This document shows positions 58,386-64,000 of a DNA stretch of 64,000 nucleotides, in pieces. Numbering within the stretch: the first letter of the stretch is position 1; each line of letters starts with the position of its first letter. Under the pieces are notes generated by a model that did no database searches, was not told the origin of the DNA, and saw nothing but the letters and a program-made list of their open reading frames with translations. The position numbers were made by a program, and so were the translations under genes. Origin of the DNA: a virus; the IMG/VR virus record IMGVR_UViG_3300026473_000477, positions 15,615 to 79,614 of that record. The stretch is one strand, 5' to 3'.

Positions 58386-59614
58386 TATTTCTTCTCATCT
58401 GGAATATAAATTACTTTACCGAAATCTCCAGGTGGCTTTTGTTTTCCAACCCCAATCCACAGAAAAGGAATTTTTGGGTCAACTGGAATGTCTGACGAGT
58501 CGAAGTCCCCAAAATAAAAGATAGCGTCTGGATTATGCTTTTTAGCTTCGTCGATTGCTGGTTGATAAGCTGTTCCTCCTCGACCTTTAAATGTTGGAGT
58601 TTTCTTTGGTTCAAACTTATAAACAGATTGAGCTTTACAGTCAGCTTCAATGACAACAATTTCGACACCATTTTTATGTAAACTTACAAGCTCTCCCCAA
58701 CATTGAGCTAAGTGATAATCTGACATACTGCCACTAGTGTCAACACAATAAACAATCTTTTGCTTTCTCTCAAATTTCTTACCGGGAGAGTAAATCCCAT
58801 ATCTTCTGTGTCTTTTAGTTCTAGTACCAATTTGCTCTGATTTTACAGAATTAGCTTGAAAACGTCTAAGCTCTTTTTTCCAATTAACTTTAGACTTAAA
58901 AAGCTCCTCGAGTTTTGCCACTATTTCTGATGGCAAATTTCCAATCCCTCCAGATCTTTCAGCAGCTTCTTTGGCAACTTGTTTAACGACTTCCTCAATT
59001 CCTTCCTTGGAATCTGTTGACGATCCCCATTTATCATGACTGTCGGTCGATGTTTTTGGGAGCTTGTCACCATGTTCTTCTGTAAACTTAAGTAGTCTTC
59101 CGTAAATATGCTCTGCTGATTTGTTCTCTTCAATGTCAACATGATTTTGATCGTATTCTCTCATTTTATTATTTAACTTTTCTATCGATACTCCTCCAAT
59201 ATCTGCCAATTCTTTCAGATCTCCAGTATTAATTGTGGCATCAGTGGCTAAGTTAAACAAATGATGTTTCTGTGCGGTGTCAACTCCAATGTCTTTATAT
59301 CTTGGAATATGATGGCAAAGAATGTGCAAAACTTCATGCTTTAATGCTTTTGCAACAAGAGAAACATCGCCTCCAAGTGACATTGATGTATATTCTGTGT
59401 CATTTCCATCTTTGTCCTTAGTCTTGATTACTTTACCTTTTTCCATTACAAAGTCAGGATTGATGTATAAATTGATTTTATCAGTGACAGAAACCTCCAT
59501 AGTTGGAACTTCTTTAGTGTAAATTTGGCGCATTTGATTGATAAAATGTGCGTAATATCTTTGCTTATCTAACAATCTCATAATAGCAAACGAAACGACT
59601 TCTCTAGCTTCCAT
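58385..59614 (-). CDS. Metallopeptidase-VWA protein (DUF2201-like)
   Basis: HEVLH...NLATD, VNWK, MIDAS DTSGSM, GRGGT. Confidence 0.85.
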   Translation of the reverse strand: MEAREVVSFAIMRLLDKQRYYAHFINQMRQIYTKEVPTMEVSVTDKINLYINPDFVMEKGKVIKTKDKDGNDTEYTSMSLGGDVSLVAKALKHEVLHILCHHIPRYKDIGVDTAQKHHLFNLATDATINTGDLKELADIGGVSIEKLNNKMREYDQNHVDIEENKSAEHIYGRLLKFTEEHGDKLPKTSTDSHDKWGSSTDSKEGIEEVVKQVAKEAAERSGGIGNLPSEIVAKLEELFKSKVNWKKELRRFQANSVKSEQIGTRTKRHRRYGIYSPGKKFERKQKIVYCVDTSGSMSDYHLAQCWGELVSLHKNGVEIVVIEADCKAQSVYKFEPKKTPTFKGRGGTAYQPAIDEAKKHNPDAIFYFGDFDSSDIPVDPKIPFLWIGVGKQKPPGDFGKVIYIPDEKK

Positions 59615-59631
59615 AATTTTCTCCTTAATCT

Positions 59632-59660
59632 AGTTTACTATTTTTCAAACAGCTTGTCAA
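59632..59660 (-). promoter_or_regulatory. sigma70 promoter inside mini-gene tail
   Basis: TTGACA-N17-TAAACT. Confidence 0.8.
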
Positions 59661-59868
59661 GTTGCCAGAGTTTGACTAGTGTTGGATGAATTTTAAATGT
59701 ATTTTCAGTATTATAATCATGTAAACGGAAGAAAAGATGTCTAATATAGTCATTTATCGGTGTTATAGCAGAATAATATACGTTCCCATCTTTTATTTCT
59801 ATAACTTTTTCTATTGTATTAACATTTTGAAATTCATAAAAATAATAATCCCCAACTTTTACTTCCAT
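59638..59868 (-). CDS. Mini-protein family member (promoter-type tail; likely start 59868)
   Basis: MEVKVGDY...KIHPTLVKLWQLDK. Confidence 0.85.
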   Translation of the reverse strand: MEVKVGDYYFYEFQNVNTIEKVIEIKDGNVYYSAITPINDYIRHLFFRLHDYNTENTFKIHPTLVKLWQLDKLFEK

Positions 59869-59877
59869 AATTTCCCC

Positions 59878-59909
59878 AAAAAACTCTCCCAACTTTTACA
59901 TTGGGAGAG
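59878..59909 (-). terminator. Intrinsic terminator after AAA ATPase
   Basis: CTCTCCCAA-TGTAAAAG-TTGGGAGAG-TTTTTT. Confidence 0.75.
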
Positions 59910-59946
59910 AAAAGATTGATTAAAAAGGAGTGTAAATATCAACCTT

Positions 59947-61059
59947 TTATTTAACTGATCTGTCGTAATCAACTAAGTCTAAAAAGAACTTCTCATTATT
60001 GTCAAGCATTTTCATATACTCTGGCATAGAAATTAATCTAGGCTTTTGCTGATGAGTTTTGAGACATAATAAAGCCATTTCTACTGGCAAGATTTTGAGG
60101 AAATTGAGAAAACTTTCCATTGTTTTCGAGTCAACATCCTTTTTCTCTTCAAAACTTTTCATCATGACATCAACAATCTCTTCATTAATCTTGGAAACGA
60201 CATCCGATCTGATAATTCCATCCTCATTTACAAAAAGCTTTTTAATTCTTGGTACACTTTCTTCAAACTTAGTAAGAACTTCTTCTCCAGTCAAGTCTTT
60301 TTCCATTGACTTCTCAAAAGATGTCAAGGCGATTGCTGCTGAAGTTCCCACTAGTCCCATTAGCACTTCTGTTTTAATGTCTTCAGTTAAATCTTTATCT
60401 GACATTAGTTTTTGTGCTGACTCCCATGATCTACGAGAGTGGGACACAAAGTCCAATGAAAACTCTTCCAATGAGTTATCATCGACCAATGTGCTATCAG
60501 ATCTTAAAAAAGATGTGATAATATTATTTTTCCCATATTTTTCTTCCATGTATGAGAAAAACTCTTGTTTAGATGGTTCAAATTTAATGTGTAGAAATCT
60601 ATCTCCCAATGCTTTATTTGCGTTAATATCAATTAAAGCTGGATAATCTGCTGTGTCTGGGTTCATTGCTGTGACAATGAATGAGTTAGCTGGCAACTCA
60701 TAACTTCCAAATCTTTTTTCCAAGATCAATTGGAATAAAATTCCTCTAATTTCTTTCGGACAATGAGAAAGCTCGTCAAGGAAAATAATTGAGTTCGGAG
60801 TTACTGGCAAAAGTTTTGTCTTAATAAAGTCAATAGCGATTGCGTTTCCTTTTTCATCCCTGACAAATTCTGGCAAACCTTGAATGTCGCCAGAGTCGGA
60901 ATATTGACCTAAAAACAACGGATAAAAGCCCATGCCAAGTGAATCAGCCAATTGTTTAACAACCGATGACTTACCAAGTCCATGTTTTCCGATTAAGTTC
61001 GGGACTAGTCCGTGTTTTGTTGCCAGTTTGATTGCTTTTAGTGTTTTTTGAATATCCAT
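59947..61059 (-). CDS. MoxR-like AAA+ ATPase
   Basis: Walker A GKHGLGKS, Walker B IFLDE, AMNP, ALGDRF, SRRSW. Confidence 0.85.
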   Translation of the reverse strand: MDIQKTLKAIKLATKHGLVPNLIGKHGLGKSSVVKQLADSLGMGFYPLFLGQYSDSGDIQGLPEFVRDEKGNAIAIDFIKTKLLPVTPNSIIFLDELSHCPKEIRGILFQLILEKRFGSYELPANSFIVTAMNPDTADYPALIDINANKALGDRFLHIKFEPSKQEFFSYMEEKYGKNNIITSFLRSDSTLVDDNSLEEFSLDFVSHSRRSWESAQKLMSDKDLTEDIKTEVLMGLVGTSAAIALTSFEKSMEKDLTGEEVLTKFEESVPRIKKLFVNEDGIIRSDVVSKINEEIVDVMMKSFEEKKDVDSKTMESFLNFLKILPVEMALLCLKTHQQKPRLISMPEYMKMLDNNEKFFLDLVDYDRSVK

Positions 61060-61087
61060 AAATTCTCCTTTTTTGAATATTTGTTAT

Positions 61088-61116
61088 ATTTTATTTGTTT
61101 TCAAATAATTTGTCAA
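61088..61116 (-). promoter_or_regulatory. sigma70 promoter inside mini-gene tail
   Basis: TTGACA-N17-TAAAAT. Confidence 0.8.
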
Positions 61117-61327
61117 GTCCATAAAGTTTTACTAATATTGGATGAATTTTAAAAGTAGTATCTCTTTCGTAAGTTTCTAAATGACAAGATGTATATTTAA
61201 TTTTTTCCATAGATTCTGTAAAGTAAGAATAGCTAACCTTATCATTGTCTATTGCCACAATCTTTTCTACATATTGAAATCCAAAAAACCCATCATAAAA
61301 ATAATAATCACCTACTTTAATTTCCAT
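61091..61327 (-). CDS. Mini-protein family member (promoter-type tail)
   Basis: MEIKVGDY...KIHPILVKLYGLDK. Confidence 0.85.
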   Translation of the reverse strand: MEIKVGDYYFYDGFFGFQYVEKIVAIDNDKVSYSYFTESMEKIKYTSCHLETYERDTTFKIHPILVKLYGLDKLFENK

Positions 61328-61622
61328 TTTGCTTCCTTATTTTATGCAATCTTTTTGCATTCTCAATTCTGTCAGATCTTTCAAAATATTCAAATCTTAC
61401 TCCAAAATCATAAAGAAATCTTTTTGCCTTTCTTAACAGAACTTTCTCATTTTTGGAATGGAAAGTTTTAATAACGTGTCGCCTTTTTCCATTTAATAAC
61501 TTCGTATATCCCAGAGTAAAGTTAACAATGACGTAATATTCAATGCCGGTGTCGGTTGTATAAACTTCCGACACCTTGTCACCATTTTCTCTAGTCTCTT
61601 TATAATAAATTTTCTTTTTCAT
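61317..61622 (-). CDS. Hypothetical basic protein
   Basis: 101-aa ORF, ATGA-coupled to the upstream gene. Confidence 0.55.
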   Translation of the reverse strand: MKKKIYYKETRENGDKVSEVYTTDTGIEYYVIVNFTLGYTKLLNGKRRHVIKTFHSKNEKVLLRKAKRFLYDFGVRFEYFERSDRIENAKRLHKIRKQNGN

Positions 61623-61837
61623 TTCTTGAGTAAAGTTACCAATTCATTATAATTAAAGTTAGTTTTACTAAGAGCTGACTTTAAAACTTCATTTGTGATG
61701 TCCTTTTCGCTGGAATCTTCAGTTATTTTAACATCATTTCCATTTCTGATTAAGCCAACTAGTTCAGATAAAGTAATATATCTGCTAAAATTGGAAGAAT
61801 AAAGTTTTCTGTTTTTGTACTTTGTGATATTAATCAT
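61619..61837 (-). CDS. PhaR-type (PHA regulator N-terminal) DNA-binding domain protein
   Basis: ITKYKNRKLY...SRYITL..L..LIR.G....KDIT..VL; AAGGAG SD before ATG 61837. Confidence 0.8.
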   Translation of the reverse strand: MINITKYKNRKLYSSNFSRYITLSELVGLIRNGNDVKITEDSSEKDITNEVLKSALSKTNFNYNELVTLLKK

Positions 61838-61838
61838 T

Positions 61839-62183
61839 TTAAAGCTCCTTATAATGTTTTTCGATAATGTTAGCAATTTCGTTAAATGAAGTTCCATGGT
61901 CGTTTAATAGAACTAAAGAAATGCAACCTAAAGATCCTTTATTTGTTTTTATACCTGACCACTCCATAACCTCTTCAGGTAATACATCATGTTTACCAAT
62001 AGCCCCATAGATGGTAAGATTTTCATCATTAACATTACACTCAACCTTACCATCAACCAAAGCTAGGTCACACAAAACACCTAAACAACAATGTTTACCA
62101 TTTTCGTTTAAACGATATTTTCCTTGCTCAAATTCACCAGATCTCAAAGCCTTTACCCATTTTTTCATTATTGATTTTTTCAT
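61839..62183 (-). CDS. Hypothetical phage protein
   Basis: KWVKALRSG..QG...CCLGVLC...LND...F.EIA.IIE. Confidence 0.65.
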   Translation of the reverse strand: MKKSIMKKWVKALRSGEFEQGKYRLNENGKHCCLGVLCDLALVDGKVECNVNDENLTIYGAIGKHDVLPEEVMEWSGIKTNKGSLGCISLVLLNDHGTSFNEIANIIEKHYKEL

Positions 62184-62199
62184 ATTTTCTCCTTAATTC

Positions 62200-62228
62200 A
62201 TTTTACTATTATTTATGTCCTGTGTCAA
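62200..62228 (-). promoter_or_regulatory. sigma70 early promoter
   Basis: TTGACA-N17-TAAAAT, then AAGGAG SD and ATG. Confidence 0.8.
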
Positions 62229-62299
62229 TTTATTAATTTTCCTCGCTCCAAAATATCCAACAATAAACAAAGTGATAACATAAACTAAAATTAAATGTT

Positions 62300-62737
62300 T
62301 CATAGACCTACCTCTTCTAACATCTCTACTAATAAATCTTTATCATTTTGACGTTGGTTAACTATTCCCCAGTCTTTTTCTAATTTATTAATATCTTCCA
62401 TTACTTTAGCGAGACCGGAAAGATCTACTTTATCACCATTTAAAAGCGTTTTTGCCCTGATTTTAAGGTCTTCTAATCTATTATCATTTGGAAAATCAGC
62501 TTTAAAATCATCAAAAATATTTTTACTTGACACTTCTTTCCATTTTTTCACTATCTCTGGAGAAATGCATTCAGCTAAATAATATAAGTTTATACGAGTT
62601 GGAATTTTTAAATTAACCGGCTTAGTTTTAAGCAATTTGGATAATTTTCCATCAAAATTTGGATAAAGATTATCACAAAGTCTATTAAAGTTTGAATCTA
62701 AACCGTAATCTAAAATACTTTTACCGTTGATTTTCAT
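62300..62737 (-). CDS. Paralog of 54096-54644 lacking the repeat tract
   Basis: Shared MKIN, PxFxGKLSxLL, FPNDxR and terminal LExxGL. Confidence 0.65.
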   Translation of the reverse strand: MKINGKSILDYGLDSNFNRLCDNLYPNFDGKLSKLLKTKPVNLKIPTRINLYYLAECISPEIVKKWKEVSSKNIFDDFKADFPNDNRLEDLKIRAKTLLNGDKVDLSGLAKVMEDINKLEKDWGIVNQRQNDKDLLVEMLEEVGL

Positions 62738-62790
62738 AAATTACCTTTTTCCTAAGTAAATAAAATAAAAAGCAACTAATGGCAACAAAA

Positions 62791-63126
62791 CTAACATAAT
62801 TCTTCCAATTGGAAAAAAGAGTCGTTGTAAACAAAACAATTATCAGTTTTATTTTCAATTTTGGTAAATTTCGCCACTAGTTTATCACCTTTTTGTACCG
62901 TTAAGTTATCCTTTACAGCCAACAAAGACGCCAAATTTCCAGTATTTTTCGCCAATAATAAGACGTTTTTCTGCTCTTTTTTACTTTCAGTTTCAACAAA
63001 ATAACAAGTAAACTCATTATTATTTTCTAATCTTTTCACTTTTCTGAAATTTAGTCCAGATTTATGTAATTCACCTAAAATTTCCTGACTTGAATTTGTC
63101 TTGTCTGTTAAAATGAAAGTTCTCAT
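62791..63126 (-). CDS. Hypothetical protein
   Basis: 111 aa with AAGGA SD. Confidence 0.55.
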   Translation of the reverse strand: MRTFILTDKTNSSQEILGELHKSGLNFRKVKRLENNNEFTCYFVETESKKEQKNVLLLAKNTGNLASLLAVKDNLTVQKGDKLVAKFTKIENKTDNCFVYNDSFFQLEELC

Positions 63127-63259
63127 GTTTTTTATCCTTGGAAAGTTTCAAGTTCGTCCGTTAATCTTTCTTGTAAGTCATCATTTTCGTTACAATAATC
63201 GGCTAACGCTTTTAAAATCTCTTCAATTTCTGATTCGCTTAAGTAAACTGGAACTTTTT

Positions 63260-63493
63260 TCATTTGTTTATCTCCTTTTTAAATGCTTCATAACTTAAAG
63301 GTTTTTCGTAATCATTTTCCATTTCTTGATGAGTTTTACTAAACTGGCTTTCAAATTTTTCAATAATATCAGTTTTTTCCATTAGATACTCGAAAAATCT
63401 ATTGTGAATGTCATCAGTTTTTAAATCTCCAATATGATATCCATCGTCAATCATTTCATTTACAATAGTTTCCATGTCAAAAGTAAATTTCAT
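63260..63493 (-). CDS. Hypothetical protein
   Basis: 77 aa; TTGACA-N17-TAAGAT at 63511-63539. Confidence 0.55.
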   Translation of the reverse strand: MKFTFDMETIVNEMIDDGYHIGDLKTDDIHNRFFEYLMEKTDIIEKFESQFSKTHQEMENDYEKPLSYEAFKKEINK

Positions 63494-63543
63494 AAAGTCC
63501 CCTTTCCTATATCTTACTTTAAATTACCTATTGTGTCAATTTA

Positions 63544-64000
63544 TTATTTTCCCATCTCGATCATTAACATTCTTTCATAACTTAATTTTATAATTTGTTT
63601 TGTCAATTCAAAATCAACCTCACTAATTTCATTTTTAAAATCAGAATATTGATAATTATCGATTTCCATTGGATTAAGATCTTTACATCCAACTTTTAAT
63701 GCAGTTAGTGTTAATGTTATATTAAATTTAAAACCTAGTAAATTTATAACTTGATGTTCTTTTTCTATTTCATCATTATCACGAACTAAAGCATTACCAT
63801 AAACCCTAGCATTACCATAAACCTGAGCATTACCATAAACCTGAGCATTACCATAAACCCAAGCATTACCATAAACACTGGCATTACCATAAACACTGGC
63901 ATTACCACAAACCCTAGCATTACCATAAACCTGAGCATTACCATAAACCCAAGCATTACCATAAACACTGGCATTACCATAAACACTAGCATTACCACAA
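63544..64000 (-). CDS. Hexapeptide (VYGNAx)n repeat beta-helix protein, 5' end outside the window
   Basis: 18-bp tandem repeat reads VYGNAR/Q/W/S, continuing into VRDNDEIEKEHQVINLLGFKFNITLT..KVGC...EMGK*; this frame differs from the ORF-track call. Confidence 0.85.
   Translation of the reverse strand, partial: CGNASVYGNASVYGNAWVYGNAQVYGNARVCGNASVYGNASVYGNAWVYGNAQVYGNAQVYGNARVYGNALVRDNDEIEKEHQVINLLGFKFNITLTLTALKVGCKDLNPMEIDNYQYSDFKNEISEVDFELTKQIIKLSYERMLMIEMGK

Noticed and set aside
32467-61327. Mini-gene family as a diversity-generating retroelement, integron cassette array or MITE/IS
   Set aside because: No reverse transcriptase, integrase or transposase in the window. Differences are not adenine-specific, and I saw no attC-like palindromes or consistent target duplications. 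The resemblance of AAAGTTGGAGAT (head) to AAACTTTGGAGA (tail), and the GTTGG/CCAAC inversion, break down under synonymous variation. A mobilising gene outside the window cannot be excluded.
63786-63998. ORF MVMLVFMV.., or a CRISPR-like array
   Set aside because: Wrong frame of the VYGNAx repeat; the units are contiguous with no unique spacers
1-64000. tRNA genes or stop-codon reassignment
   Set aside because: No cloverleaf was recognised by eye in the gaps, and genes are full length under the standard code with all three stop codons used; tRNAscan-SE would confirm

Overview
AT-rich 64-kb segment of a dsDNA tailed phage, probably podovirus-like with a Gram-negative host (inferred from OmpA-like and lipoprotein genes). 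The + strand (to ~28.5 kb) carries virion genes: major capsid, tail fibre and chaperone, adaptor- and nozzle-like proteins, four Gln/Ala-rich ejection-type proteins and a holin candidate. Several are preceded by a recurring AATAT(C/T)GCTATTAT motif. Two opposite-strand inserts interrupt this block: an RNA-repair operon (PNK/phosphatase, RlaP-like nucleotidyltransferase, Rnl1 ligase) and a promoter-driven ~235-nt structured non-coding segment. The - strand (28.5-64 kb) carries early and replication genes under sigma70-type promoters: family B polymerase, primase-like protein, helicase, NrdAB, dUTPase, ERF, a PD-(D/E)XK exonuclease, an AAA+/VWA pair, a secreted ClpP-like protease, two peptidoglycan hydrolases and a PhaR-like protein. 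The main discovery is a dispersed family of 16 core plus 2 divergent ~70-aa mini-genes with a conserved KVGD head, a hypervariable middle and a conserved HP(T/I)LVKLW(R/Q)LD tail. The tail DNA doubles as an expression signal for the next gene: either Shine-Dalgarno plus ATG (TGG AGA nTn GAT G) or a complete sigma70 promoter (CTT GAC A = TTGACA). All product calls rest on motif recognition by eye; no database searches were run.
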